A stretch of DNA of 64,000 nt from Oscarella lobularis (lineage: Eukaryota), in assembly GCF_947507565.1 (NCBI RefSeq), contig NC_089179.1, forward strand, positions 862,681 through 926,680. Reading direction: 5' to 3'. Position numbers and translations under genes: made by a program. Below are positions 41,880 through 54,700 of this stretch, in pieces; the first letter of the stretch is position 1, and the number at the start of each line of letters is the position of its first letter. Below the pieces are notes generated by a model. It saw nothing but the letters and a program-made list of their open reading frames with translations, was not told where the DNA came from and made no database searches.

Positions 41880-42234
41880 CTAATTTATTACACTAGTGAA
41901 CAGTTCGCCAGTCCCTTGTAATTTTCCTGTAATTTATTACAGGAGAGAACAGTGGGCCAGTCCCTTGTAATTTTCCTGTAATTTATTACAGGAGAGAACA
42001 GTTGGCCAGTCCCTTGTAATTTTCCTGTAATTTATTACAGGAGAGAACGGTTGGCCAGTTCCTTGTAATTTTTCTTTAATTTACTACAGGAAAGAACAAT
42101 TGGCCATTCCCTTGTAATTTTTCTTTAATTTATTACAGGAAAGAACAGTTGGCCAGTCCCTTGTAATTTCATTGTAATTTATTACACTAGAGAACAGTTG
42201 GCCAGTCCCTTGTAATTTCACCGCTTGTAATTTC
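41880..42234. repeat. Sat A block (about 7 monomers), second copy of the 36960-37309 block
   Basis: Near-identical to 36960-37309, including both Sat B junction sequences. Confidence 0.9.
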
Positions 42235-42439
42235 ACCGCTTGCCGGAATATATACACCGCCTGCCGGCGGAGTACGTACACCGCCTGCCGGAATATATAC
42301 ACCGCCTGCCGGAATATATACACCGCCTGCCGGCGGAGTACGTACACCGCTTGCCGGAATATATACACCGCCTGCCGGTGGAGTACGTACACCGCTTACC
42401 GAAATATATACACCGCCTGCCGGAATATATACACCGCCT
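42235..42439. repeat. Sat B mini-array (about 4.5 units)
   Basis: gccggaatatatacaccgcctgccggcggagtacgtacaccgc... ends with caccgcctactc|taatttattacactagtgaacagttcgcc. Confidence 0.9.
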
Positions 42440-44035
42440 ACTCTAATTTATTACACTAGTGAACAGTTCGCCAGTCCCTTGTAATTTTCCTGTAATTTAT
42501 TACAGGAGAGAACAGTGGGCCAGTCCCTTGTAATTTTCCTGTAATTTATTACAGGAGTGAACAGTTGGCCAGTCCCTTGTAATTTTCCTGTAATTTATTA
42601 CAGGAGAGAACAGTTGGCCAGTCCCTTGTAATTTTTCCTTAATTTATTACAGGAGAGAACAGTTGGCCAGTCCTTTTTAATTTCCTGTAATTTATTACAG
42701 GAGAGAACAGTTGGCCAGTTCCTTGTAATTTTTCTTTAGTTTACTACAGGAAAGAACAATTGGTCATTCCCTTGTAATTTTTCTTTAATTTATTACAGGA
42801 AAGAACAGTTGGCCAGTCCCTTGTAATTTCATTGTAATTTATTACACTAGAGAACAGTTGGCCAGTCCCTTGTAATTTCACTGTAATTTATTACAGGAAA
42901 GAACAGTTGGCCATTTCCTTGTAATTTCACTGTAATTTATTACAGGAGAGAACAGTTGTCCATTCTTTTGTAATTTCACTGTAATTTATTACAGGAGAGA
43001 ACAGTTGGCCAGTCCCTTGTAATTTTCGTACAGGAAAGAACAATTGGCCAGTCCCTTGTAATTTCACTGTAATTTATTACACTAGTGAACAGTTGGCCAG
43101 TCCCTTGCAATTTTCCTGTAATTTATTACAGGAGAGAACAGTGGGCCAGTCCCTTGTAAGTTTCCTGTAATTTATTACAGGAGAGAACAGTTGGCCAGTC
43201 TCTTGTAATTTCATTGTAATTTATTACACTAGAGAACAGTTGGCCAGTCCCTTGTAATTTCCTGTAATTTATTACAGGAGAGAACAGTTGGCCAGTCCCT
43301 TGTAATTTTTCTGTAATTTATTACAGGAGAGAACAGTTGGCCAATCCCTTTTAATTTCCTGTAATTTATTACAGGAGAGAACAGTTGGCCAGTTCCTTGT
43401 AATTTCACTGTAATTTATTATACTAGAGAACAGTTGGCCAGTCCCTTGTAATTTTCCTGTAATTTATTAAGAGAACAGTTGGCCAGTCCTTTGTAATTTT
43501 TCTGTAATTTGTTACAGGAGAGAACAGTTGGCCAGTCCCTTGTAATTTCCTGTAATTTATTACAGGAGAGAACAGTTGGCCAGTCTTTTGTAATTTTCCT
43601 GTAATTTATTACAGGAGAGAACAGTTGGCCAGTCCCTTGTTATTTCACTGTAATTTTTTACACTAGAGAACAGTTGGCCAGTCCTTTGTAATTTTTCTGT
43701 AATTTATTACAGGAGAGAACAGTTGGCCAATCCCTTTTAATTTCCTGTAATTTATTACAGGAGAGAACAGTTGGCCAGTTCCTTGTAATTTTCCTGTAAT
43801 TTATTACAGGAGAGAACAGTTAGCCTGTCCCTTGTAATTTCACTGTAATTTATTACACTAGAGAACAGTTGGCCGGTCCCTTCTAATTTTCCTGTAATTT
43901 ATTAAGAGAACAGTTGGCCAGTCCTTTGTAATTTTTCTGTGATTTATTACAGGAGAGAACAGTTGGCCAGTCCCTTGTAATTTCCTGTAATTTATTACAG
44001 GAGAGAACAGTTGGCCAGTCCTTTGTAATTATTCT
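42440..44035. repeat. Sat A array (about 33 monomers) ending at junction copy J'
   Basis: Same 49-bp monomer family. The terminal monomer is cctttgtaattattctgtatgattgagg, as at 31730-31750. Confidence 0.92.
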
Positions 44036-44336
44036 GTATGATTGAGGAATAGAAGAATACTTGATCATCGATGATAATATTCATCGTCATCACCATCAAG
44101 TACCCTTCTCTTTTTTCCTTCACGTTGCACCCTGCTTTATATTTTACTGTGACACCTGCAATTTCATGGAAGACAAACCGAGACATTTTTCCAAACTAAA
44201 ACTTGTTACTTGTGTGCCGATTTTATTGCTGCATGCATAATTTTTTATAGGCTAGTATCCGTGTGTAAATGTTTTTTAGTGTATCTATGGAAACGTCCAT
44301 CGCCTGGTAAATAGTAGATAGTATAGTAAATGGTAA
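44036..44336. repeat. Junction sequence J', copy 2 (duplicate of 31749-32050), directly upstream of the purple acid phosphatase gene
   Basis: See 31749-32050. Divergence from copy 1 begins after gtaaatggtaa (44327). Confidence 0.9.
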
Positions 44337-44380
44337 ATACGCATCTCTCAGTCACGTGTCTGCCACTGGTCAGGGGAGCC

Positions 44381-46629
44381 ATGGCCAGCTTTCTTCTTGC
44401 CTTTTTCGTGCTCGCGATCTCTCCTTCGCTTCTCCTCGCCAATCGATCGCACGCAACCCACTGGAAAGGCGGCGTCGGCGTGTGGCATCCAAACGAAGAG
44501 AAGCCTCCGAACAGCTCATCGTCAGTCCGTGACGTTGTGAAGAACGCCACCTTGATGGCGAGTTCCGAGACGATTTCCCAAGGAGATATGGTCGTTGTGA
44601 GCTGGTCGGGCTATCTCCCGATTCCCCAGCGCAGCTGGATCGGCGTCTATTGCCCTCACACGGCCCAGTCGAGCGATTACCTCGACTACATTTGGCTCAA
44701 CAATACGTCGATCACTGGATCCGTTCGACTCGGACCCATCGTCAACATGCGATGCCTTTTCGAATTTCGACTGTTCGACGAGAACGAAGAAGTGGTTGCA
44801 ATCAGCAATCTCGTCCAGTTCGAAAAAGGCGAGATGGCGCCGTTGCAAGGACGACTTTCCCTCGTGAGAATGTTTATGCATACCTGCGAGATATCGAACT
44901 ATTTATTTTTTTTTCAGACTCACAATACTGATGAAATGAGGGTCATGTGGGTGTCCAACACGGACGGACGCGCTGTTGTTCAGGTTTGCTCTGATGACGA
45001 ATGTTTGCCTGCTACTCACATACATGACTTTAGTATGGTCCGTCTGATGATGACTTGTCTTCCCCGTCGACCGCTATTGGAACGTCTCACACGTACCAGG
45101 CCAGCGATATGTGCGGGCCTCCGGCAACGGTAGTTAGTGCAATGTGCTTTCGACATCCTGGCTACATGCATGATGCACTGATGACCGGCTTGAAACCAAG
45201 ACAGAAATACAAGTTCGTATTTGAGAGACTTTCTTTCCTTGTATTTTGACACTTCACATCCAGATACCGTTTTGGTGATGGAGAAAACTGGTCTGAGTGG
45301 TTTTGGTTTCGGTCGGCTCGTCCTTCTGGGGATCCCAACTCACAAGGTTAGGTGAATCGTACTGTTGGGATTCAGTAAGAGTTGCTTTTGTATATAGTCA
45401 ATATGTTTGCTTTTGGTGACTTGGGTGAATGGAAGACTATGCTGGAAGCTGAACCTTATGACAGATCCTACTCGACAATGTGGAGAATAGAAAATGATTT
45501 GGCTGCTGATAATGCTGACTATGATCTCCTATTACACGTTGGTGACATCTCGTGTAAGAGAAGCGCTTTTGTAATAAGCCCATTGATTCGAGTGCAATAG
45601 ATGCTCGAGGCCTTGGATATCAGTGGGAAATGTTTGGTCGGCTGATAGAACCGACTGCCACGCGCATTCCCTATCACGTTGGCATTGGAAATCACGAGTA
45701 CGATCACGTCGTCGGCGGAGAGAAAGACCCGAGCAAGGCGCCAGGTCAAGGATGGCACCCGGCGTGGGGTAATTACGGGGACGATTCTGGCGGAGAGTGC
45801 GCTGTACCCATGGTCAACCGTTTTCACATGTACCAATAGTCTTTCTTTGGTTGAAGTTTAGTAGCTTTTGTTCTAGGCCAGATGGGAATGGCAATGGGCT
45901 ATTTTGGTACAGTCACGAATATGCCAATATTCACTTCACTTGGATTTCAACGGAGCATGATCCTTCCGCTGGCTCGCCCATGTACGAGTGGCTTGCCAAC
46001 GACCTTGCTTCGGTCAATCGCAGCAGGACGCCCTGGCTGTTTTTGATGGGTCACAGACCCATTTACTCGTCCATGATCGAGATGGACCAAGACAGCCCCA
46101 TCGATTGGTTAGAAGAAAAACGAGTCGTCATCCGCTCTCGACTTCCTTTTGACAGGAATAGAAACATACAATTCAGTCAGCGCGAGGCACTCGAAGATCT
46201 TCTGTTTAAGCATGGTGTGGATGTTACCTTGACCGGTCACTATCATTCATGTGAGCCTTAGATCAAAGACCGTGCCACAATCATGATACCCTGTGTTCCC
46301 AGATGAAAGAACGTGCCCAGTTTATAATGGAACGTGCCTTGGAGACCTCACCGATCCCCAAGCAACGATACACCTTATAATCGGAATGGCAGGAGCCATT
46401 CAAGACGACGGCAAGGTAAGGGAGATTAGTTAGGAAATGGATCCCTGATTGCCCTTCCTACAGCATTACGACGTGCCGTGGAGTCGCATAAGTTCCCTTG
46501 AATACGGCTACACGCGCTTATCGGTGGCCAATGCTACGCATCTGCACGTCGAGTACGTTCAGAATCACGCGGGAAATGTCTACGACGACGTTTGGATCGT
46601 CTCTAATCACGCGTGGCATCAGAAATAGA
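44381..46629 (+). CDS. Secreted purple acid phosphatase (binuclear metallophosphoesterase, PAPL/ACP7-like), about 12 exons
   Basis: ATG at 44381. Signal peptide MASFLLAFFVLAISPSLLLA. The five metallophosphoesterase blocks lie in successive exons: VNMFAFGDLGEW (GDLG), DLLLHVGDISY (GDxxY, split across an intron), GNHEYD, WLFLMGHRPIYSS (GHRP), VDVTLTGHYHSCE (GHxH). The N-terminal fibronectin-like PAP domain is also present (YRFGDGENWSEWFWFRSARP). Stop at 46627-46629. Confidence 0.9.
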
Positions 46630-46690
46630 GGGCAGACACAGTGTGTTCCTCTATCAATCTGTGTGGATTCTGTATGTCATTAGAGCGCTA

Positions 46691-47425
46691 CTAGAACTGA
46701 TTGTTCTTCTTCTGCTGCTGTTTCTCTCTCAAAAAAGGTGTCCATGTTCCTTGTATGCTAGGCTTGTCCGTGTGCCACCATTTGTTTAGTTTCACCGATT
46801 TCTCGCCGGACATATCGCGCAGAGCGTTCACCTGCTTTCGTATTTGTTTCGCGTCGAAGTTTCTTGTTGAAACCACCCGACTGTTGCCGTTGACTAAGTG
46901 AGAAAGAGACTACTAGGCCTATCTTCCTGTTTTCCCTAGCGCGACAAACTTACGGAACTCTCCTACGAGTCTGGGGTGTCTTCCCGGTCTTTCTCGTACG
47001 TATACGGCTACTTCAGGACTGCTCGCAATAAATTCGTTCACTTCTTTTTCCAGATATTTCCTGCGGCCGCAGCCCTTCGCGTTCGCTTACTCGAGAAGAG
47101 ACTTTTTGCTTTTTCCTACCTCATTCCTCGACTGCTCCCACCGTGCTCGCAGTACTGCAATGTTAGTCGCTTCAGCTGCCGAACGTAACGACCGAAGCCG
47201 TTTTTTACCGAAACGAAACGCGACATAGCAAAGCTGAGATAGGCGCGTGCGCAATGACACAATTCGTGCAGTTGGCACGGCAACAGGATATGGCTGTTGT
47301 GTTGAACTACGAAGACCTTCTCCGGCATTGCGTCGACGTTTTAGAATCGTTCGATGCTGATAGAGCGAGTGTTGACACTCATACAGCCGAGTATTTGAAG
47401 TCTCACTGTTGCCTGGTGCGCTCAC
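46691..47425 (-). CDS. Possible small minus-strand gene (MVSTRNFDAKQIRKQVNALRDMSGEKSVKLNKWWHTDKPSIQ...); unassigned
   Basis: ORFs 46691..46876 and 47087..47425 on the minus strand. No recognisable family or splice structure. Could instead be UTRs of the flanking genes. Confidence 0.15.
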
Positions 47426-50095
47426 AGCCCAAATGAAGTCTCACGCGCGTTTACGGCTGCTTTTGCAGGGTTGCGATGAAAGTTCGGCGACATTCGTACG
47501 CGAAGTCTTCTCTGGATGCGTTCAATTTCGGAAAATAACGAAAGTGAGGCTTCGTTTCAGTTGCTTTGAGCGACGCCGTTAGATCGAAGTCTTCAGGTCG
47601 TTACCGACAACTTCTATTTGAAACAAGGGAAAAATTTCAAACGAACTGATGTGAATTTACTCAGAGGTGCAATACCGTGTGCGTAGGGAAACGAAAATAG
47701 TGTACTGTACCGTCATTTTCACAGTGTTTGCCTATTTGGCCCTGTTTCGATTGGAAGAGCTTGGAATTGAACACTTCAAAAAATTTGTCAATACCCAACT
47801 ACCACAGAAAATGCATAAAGTAAATAAGCTTGGCACCGGCAGTGGCTTTTTAAATTTTAATAAGCCTTTTTTTTAGTTTTTTTCTTTTCTATTTGATGAA
47901 ACGTCTTTGAAGTCATGGCTAGCTACTGAAGTACGATAAAAATTGAATTATTCAGTTCACTTTATTGGCCTTCTGTAAACAGTGGTGCAAAGTATATGAT
48001 GAGAAATTCGTTCAGGCTAATCTTGTATTGCCGTTACTTCGGTACAGTAATAGCACTCTCACTGCCCTCTTGTCAATTTTTTTCACGCAGGTGGCATTCT
48101 GAAATGCAGCAAGTACTTAGGCAACTGAAGGACAAGCTTGACAATGTCAAGAAACCACGACAGGTTCAAACAGCCACAGGTGATATACTTTCAATTTAGA
48201 TTGTTTGGTTCTTACGGGTTTAGTGTAGAGCCAAAGCCGTTCAACTTGACTAAGCCAAGACCTCGGACTCTTCCCCTCCCTGAGAAAGTAAGGATCATCT
48301 CTTCAGCTATATAACGTTTATATTGTCTTATCTAATACAAGATTCCAAAATTGAAACCACATCGTCCAGTGAGCAAACGACCGATTGTTTACGGAATATG
48401 GAAGAGTGTTTTCTTTGCCTATAGGTTCCGGCCAGTACATACACTGCTCCATTTGAGATGGACTCTCTTGCTAAAACTAAGGAGTATAACAAGAAGAAGG
48501 CTGCTGTTAGTTACATACTGGAAGTGTATTTTAGAGCATCCACCGCTATTTCTGTTCTTAGGAATTACTTGACAAAATGGCAAAGAGTTCGCCAGCTTGT
48601 GCTGCTGCAGGAAAGTCAGAAAAAACTCTTCGGTTGATGGAAAAAATTAAAGAAGAGGAAGACGCCAAGTGAGCTTGGATATTTTTGTACGCTTGAAATT
48701 CAATAAATTGGCTATTCTAGACTCGACTTCAATTCTGCCAAAGCTCTTCCTGTACCTCCAGCAATTGTAAGACGCGGACTGCATATCCTTGTCTTGACCA
48801 AACACGTGTTTGCGTCATCAGAGTGACAACGTTCCAATTAAACTCAACACTGCTGCAATCTTGAGAGAGGGCGCTTTGTTCCATCGCAGGGAGAAAGAAG
48901 AAAAACAAAAGTTCTTGCTAGTGAAATATCGGCTTGGTGTGAAATAATCGTTTTATTTTTTAGACTGGCTGAACTTATTGCTGGAGGCAAAGATGCTTCG
49001 GAATTTTTGCAGTGGCAAGAGGAGAATAGACGGAAGGAATTGGAGGATGATATGGCCGAGATTGAGCGTCGTCATTTGATTGGTCAACTGAGTCACGAGG
49101 ATGCAATATTGGCGAGACGACAATTGGACGTCGAGAATAGACAGAAAGTGTTGAAAATGAAAGAGGAATCAAGTCAGTTGATGCAGCTGTATTTGCAACG
49201 GAGACTAGAGGAGGAACAGGGAATGAGGTCAGCTCTTTTGTAGGTACATTCGCCTTTGTAAACGTCTTTTTTTAGGAAACTAGTCGAGGAAGTGATGAGC
49301 GGTCATCAGAACGCAAAAGAATCGGTAGCCAAAATGCGAGATATAAAGCAAAAGATTGGTAAAGTGACGTCGAGCGAATAAATGGATAAATCGTCTAAGA
49401 TTTGATTGCAGTTAGAGAAGTCTCTAAAGAGAGTCAGGAGCTTCTAAAGAGAGCTTTAGAAGAGGCGAGTTTTGTTTGACATTTTCAAAATTGAGCTAAA
49501 CGTTCAACTAGGCGGAGGAGGAGATGAAACGGAAAGTGGAACTGATTGGACTGATCAAAGCCTTTGAAAGCAAACCAATAATAAGGACTCAATTTGTCGA
49601 CTTGACGTCGACAGCCGGTCAAGGTCTACTTTGTGAAATGTCCATAGCAGAGGTAGAGTAAACTGATGCAACTAACTCACTGTACAGACCGCGTGTCGTC
49701 GTCTCTAGTTGAGAGAGAGATTAGCTTGGCTAAAATCGGCTGAAGAGGAGGAGGAAGAGACGCGACGAGAGGAAATCGTTGCCGGAAAGCGAGCCAAAGA
49801 GCGAATGATTATTAGCACCCTTGGATCGATAGCGCGCCATAGAGCGGAACAAAGTCGAGCGGCAGCTGTCAAACAAGAACAGTTGAAGAGGGAGTCGCAG
49901 ACTCGACTCGAAGTCGTCACTTCGAAGGTGCTTGGTCTGCAGCGACGTTTGGAAGCAAAGCGAGCGGAGCGACAGAGAATAATGACCGAATTGCAGACAC
50001 CCCCGAAAACAAACAGTACTAGGAAGAGCGCTAGTGCAAAGGTTCAACTCAAGCTGTCCCCATCCGTTGAAATAATTAATAACGAACGATTTTAG
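47254..50095 (+). CDS. Hypothetical long coiled-coil protein (Glu/Arg/Lys-rich, ciliary-type coiled-coil flavour), about 12 or more exons
   Basis: Exon pieces are in frame with GT-AG junctions: MTQFVQLARQQDMAVVLNYEDLLRHCVDVLESFDADRASVDTHTAEY..., MQQVLRQLKDKLDNVKKPRQVQTATG, (V)EPKPFNLTKPRPRTLPLPEK|gtaagg, IPKLKPHRPV..., LAELIAGGKDASEFLQWQEENRRKELEDDMAEIERRHLIGQLSHEDAILARRQLDVENRQKVLKMKEESSQLMQLYLQRRLEEEQGMR, AEEEMKRKVELIGLIKAFESKP..., LAWLKSAEEEEEETRREEIVAGKRAKERMIISTLGSIARHRAEQSRAAAVKQEQLKRESQTRLEVVTSKVLGLQRRLEAKRAERQRIMTELQTPPK... Stop about 50095. Family not identified. Confidence 0.45.
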
Positions 50096-50390
50096 CGACA
50101 AGCTGAGGAGAGGCGATGGAAGGACGTTGAGATCACGCGAGAGAAGTCCGCTGCGAGCAGAGCAAGAGGATTGGGTAATAATCAACGACCACGTGGTACG
50201 TGCATCCAGGCCCAGTGTGTTGCATACTCGAAATATAATTATATCTTATCTTTAGAAACTAGTGAACTGGCAAGCTAGCTCTCTGAAATGTAAATACAGT
50301 ACCGTAGGCACAATTACAAATGTTTCACTAGCAGGGCTAAAATAACTCGCGCCACAGCCGGCTTGTTTACATACCACTAGCGCGCGCCGA

Positions 50391-51300
50391 ATGGAGGCGG
50401 ACGAAGTCGACTGGCTTTTCTCTGAGTACGTTCCGCCTGTTCTCCAGCAGCTAGAGGACTCGCTGAAGGTAATTGATGCGTGCGCGTTTGCTCGCACCAA
50501 TTCTCACGACAATGCAAAAAGGACTGCGTCACTATTTTTGACCGAGCCGTTTCCTATAAACGATCGGGAGAACTCAAACCATTCGTACTCAAATCGAAAG
50601 AGTACTCATATAAATGATGCGTTCGCTCATTTGTTTGATATGCTGATTGACTCCAGTGTCGAAGGCCTGACGGGAGTCATCGTCCTCCACGGAGATAAAA
50701 TCACGAAAGCCGTAAGACGAAGACCTCGACTCTGTTCTCATTTCTACTCTAATTTTAGACCATAAAATTGAGCCGGGCTCGAAGCGGTCGTCAGGAAACG
50801 AAACACGAGCTTTCCAGTAAAACTCCTTGGCATCTGAGCCAAGTTAGTGACAACTTTTATTTGAAAGAGAACTCTACGTTGTTTTCTCTTCCTAGATCTT
50901 GGACGCATCTAGCAATGTCAAGGCGGCGTTGGGAATTCTTGAAACGAGACGAAAACATTTGCAAACTATCAATGACGTCATTCAAGTATAGTTTGCTTAA
51001 TTTTTGACAGGGTTTTGATGCTTCTCTTCAAGCTTGTTGAACTGCTGGCCGGGTATTTGTGTCAGGCTCACAAATGCATGACGGTTCCCTCTGCGAAGTT
51101 GAAATCGATATATCACATGAAATCTGAGGTTGCATTGTTTAATATCGAATAGAAATCATTTTATCTATCCTTTAGATTAATTTTCGACCTCCTTTACCTA
51201 ATGATGTCTTGGTAAATTTTTTTATCTCGGCAAACAAGTTGGTTATGTCATTCTACATGCTGCAGGCATCATCGTCGTCATCTGGTGTATGATTTGAATG
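50391..51300 (+). CDS. Hypothetical gene upstream of Sec5 (MEADEVDWLFSEYVPPVLQQLEDSLK...); unassigned
   Basis: ATG at 50391, donor ...DSLK|gtaattg. Later candidate exons GLTGVIVLHGDKITKA, ILDASSNVKAALGILETRRKHLQTINDVIQ, LLAGYLCQAHKCMTVPSAKLKSIYHM. Structure unresolved. Confidence 0.2.
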
Positions 51301-51791
51301 TATAGTACAGTAGAAGCAGAAGGTGAAATTTTATTTTAGAAATCGTCTGATGGAAAGACAAAGACGATGTCAGTGGAATAGCAATTTGGAATGCTATATA
51401 TGTGTGTGTGCTACTTTAGAGAAATAAGGTCCCAACTGATGGAGGTTCTTCATCATTATGAAGTAAATATCTTAACTGTGCCGCAACAACCTTAGAGAAT
51501 CATTTTTTAGGTTGATTCTCTTGTTCCCTGGCTGGACGAAGTACTTGATATCGTGCCCATGACGCTAGCGTCTTGCCAGCAACTTTTGCAAAAGGTAAAC
51601 CAGTCATGGACCTCAAGTATGTCAAATCAACGATCATTCACAGATATCGTTGACATCGTAATTGAAATGGCTCTAACAGCCAAGCTGCATGCATTTATGA
51701 GAGTATTACGATATACACTTAGTGGGTGTAGTCTGGTGTAGTGTCATCTACCGGTAAATAAAACGCAGGTGCGCGCGCTCTCTCACTGTAA

Positions 51792-54700
51792 ATGGCCGAA
51801 CCGCCGAAAGTGACGGGCCTGTCTCCTAACTCTGCAACTCCCGGCACTCGCATAACGATCCGCGGTCAGAATCTTGGCCTGAACGCCAAAGATGTCATCG
51901 GTAAGAACTCGGGGAGAAGCGAAGAGTACGACGCAAGACCTCCCCCATCCCCACAGGTCTAACAGTCTGCAAGTTCGACTGCCTCGCGTGGGCCGAATGG
52001 AAATCGTCGAGCAAAATCGTCTGCCGAACGGGAGCGGGCGAGGGTCGCGGCGAAGTGATCGTGACGACGAGATCGGGCGGCGTCGGAACGTGCACGGTCA
52101 CCTTCCGCGGCTACATCGAAAACATAGGCAAGGGGGGAGGGGGGAGAATACGCGCGTCCTTCGACGTCGAATCCTCGTGTAGGACCCCTACAAGAATCCG
52201 CTGTGTGGATCGACGAACCGGACGTTACGGACGGCAACGACAAGGCGCAAATGGTGAAGCGAAGGGATCCGCTCGGCTTCGATCACGTTCTCGACTTGCC
52301 GTCGACCGAAGACGAATTAGAGGAAATTTATCCGGAGGGAAGCGGCGAAATTACGGCCGATAATTTCGTTCCCGCCTGGTATCTGCTCGAGTATCATCGA
52401 AATACGTCGTGAGGAGGAGACTCTCGATCTGCTCGCGTCGGTGACGTCACTTTTTGACGTCACTTTTTTCTAGTTTCGAAGACATCAAAATGGGATTGAA
52501 GCATCTTTCGGCACAAGTTGCCAAGCGCAAACGCGGTCCCATTGAGTTTGTGAAGCGTAATATAAACACGTTTTTGCGATGCTACGACACGCTGAATGGT
52601 TGGAATTTACGTCCAGGCGTTTTCTTTTTTTTTTCTAATTGGACGTCTTACTAGACGTGAATCAGATGCTACTTCGCAGCGAGAGCAAATGCGAAGGCGG
52701 CACGATGACCGACAAAATGGAACGACTCGTAAAGGGTGCGAGGATAGGCCGATGCAGTGACGACTTCCGTCTACTGTATCTGTCTGTCTAGAGGCCAGCA
52801 AGACTGCGGACGAATTGTTCGCCGACGTTCTACAGCGCAAAGAGAAGGCGGATGCTACTCGAAATGCGCTGAGTGTGCTGCAACGATATCGATTTCTCTT
52901 CAGTTTGCCGAGAACTCTCGAGCGCAATATTCGCAACGTGAGAGAGAGACAGAGAGAATGACGCCTTTTTGTTCCGTAGAGACGATAGACTCTAGGAAGA
53001 ATACGATGCAGTCATTAATGGATATGAAAGTGCAAAGTCGTTGTTTGCCGGTACTGACGTCCAGGCGTTTAAAAGAGGTAAACTGACTGAATTGAACGTG
53101 TACGGAGCTTGAACCGCGGCTTTGTCGCTTTTAGTTATGGTGGAAGTTGAGAGTTTGGTTGAAAAGGGCAGGGAAAAATTGAGATTGAAGCTGCAAGAAA
53201 ATCCCGCCAAGTTCGACGACAGAAAGAGATTGATTCGGTTTGTTTTTTTTTTCTTATACCACTGCTACCGCGTCCTTTACGTTCGATGCTCTCTCATTTT
53301 GTAGGTATCTTGTTCAGCTGAACGCGGAAGAGGATCCTGCGTGGAGTTGTCTCACGGGCCAATACCATTGGATTATCAGACGAATGGAAAAATGCAAGAA
53401 CGACTATCAAACAGGCACAGAAGACCTTTCCCACAATTCAACGAAGAATGTTAAAAAATTGAAATTTCAGGACCAGACGGTCTTCCCCTTGTCACCACCA
53501 CAGCAACTGACGGCGAAATTCAAACGCACGCGTATCCTAGAAAGTTCTCCGTCACCAGCTCGGGTGGTTCAGGATCCGAGTCGCACAGTCCTCAACGTAT
53601 GCTCAGCTTTCAAGGCGCCGGCTCGTCAAGTCAGCTCATAATTAGGACATTATTTTATCGAAAAAAAGAAAACGCGATGCGTAGATATTTGGTCGCGATT
53701 CGAGACGACAGCTCCCAAAGCGGTTCGATTTGTCGAAGAACTGTGCGATCTCATACTAGCTCAGGAGAACGTGCCCGACCTGTGGCAACTGGCCCAAGCT
53801 TACTTTTCGGGACAGCTAGTTCAGTGGCAACGCGAACAGGACGACGAATCGGTGCGATCGAAACGAGAAGAAGAATTTCAGGTTTTTCTTTTCATAGTCT
53901 CTCTCTCTTATACCTATTTCATTGTAAAGGGATTTGTTTGCCTATAGAATATGCTTGCTTCTATGCTGGATTTATTCTCAGACCTACTTGGGCTGACGTT
54001 CTTTCCTGATGAGTACGGATTGATGAACGAGGCTCGAAAGGCTCAAATTGGATCGTGGGTTCCGTTTGAGACGATCAAACAAGGCGTTGGCGACGCGTGG
54101 CTTCCGTTCTGTCTTCGCTTGGTTAGGTAAGAGATTTATTTATTTATCTTGTTGGAGGAGCAAAAAGACGTTGGGGTCTAGATCATCCTATAGCTCGCTG
54201 TCTCAGCTTCAGCTTTCATTGGGAACGCTAAAGAACGTTGAAAGTGTTGCGTTCAAGTTGAGACTTCATTGCGTGGGTCGTATGTTTGATAAGGCAAAGC
54301 GAGGTAGGGAACGTTTACTGTAGTTTTCCGCTATAGTGATGTCGGGGTTTTTTTTAGACATTCAGAGTCTGAAAGCTCGCGAAGATTGGAAGACGGAGAC
54401 GGATGAGTGCGGCTGCGTTACTAGTTTGGTACGGCGAATATCTTCTTTCTGTATGCTCAATGGCACGAAATTCTCTAGCCGGTGTTGTTTGAAAACATAT
54501 GCGTGGAGTCTCTTTTGTCGGTTAGGGAAATAGTCACGGAAGCGAAACCGGGAGAAAGTTATGTAAGGAGAGACGATGTTGCGTTTCGGTTCTCCTGTAT
54601 TCGTTTTTAGCACGCGTCGTACTTGGAACCTCTTCGAACGACGACAGCAGATCTTTTGTCGGAATGTTTTCAAGTAAATGAAACGAATCGAGTACGCTAG

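Noticed and set aside
32829-41921. Giant ORFs of 917-1521 aa on both strands and in multiple frames (e.g. 32829..36173 -, 32890..36999 +, 37311..41789 -, 37318..41883 +, 37926..41921 +), plus many 60-155-aa MYVLRRQAVYIFRQ... ORFs
   Set aside because: All lie inside the Sat B arrays. The 45-bp unit lacks TAA/TAG/TGA on both strands, so six-frame openness is automatic. Overlapping ORFs in all frames cannot all be genes, so they are treated as satellite (see finding on possible +1-frame coding).
25495-44035. Regularly spaced direct repeats that could superficially suggest a CRISPR array
   Set aside because: The repeats are contiguous tandem monomers with no unique spacers. The surrounding genes are spliced eukaryotic genes. 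These are satellites, not CRISPR.
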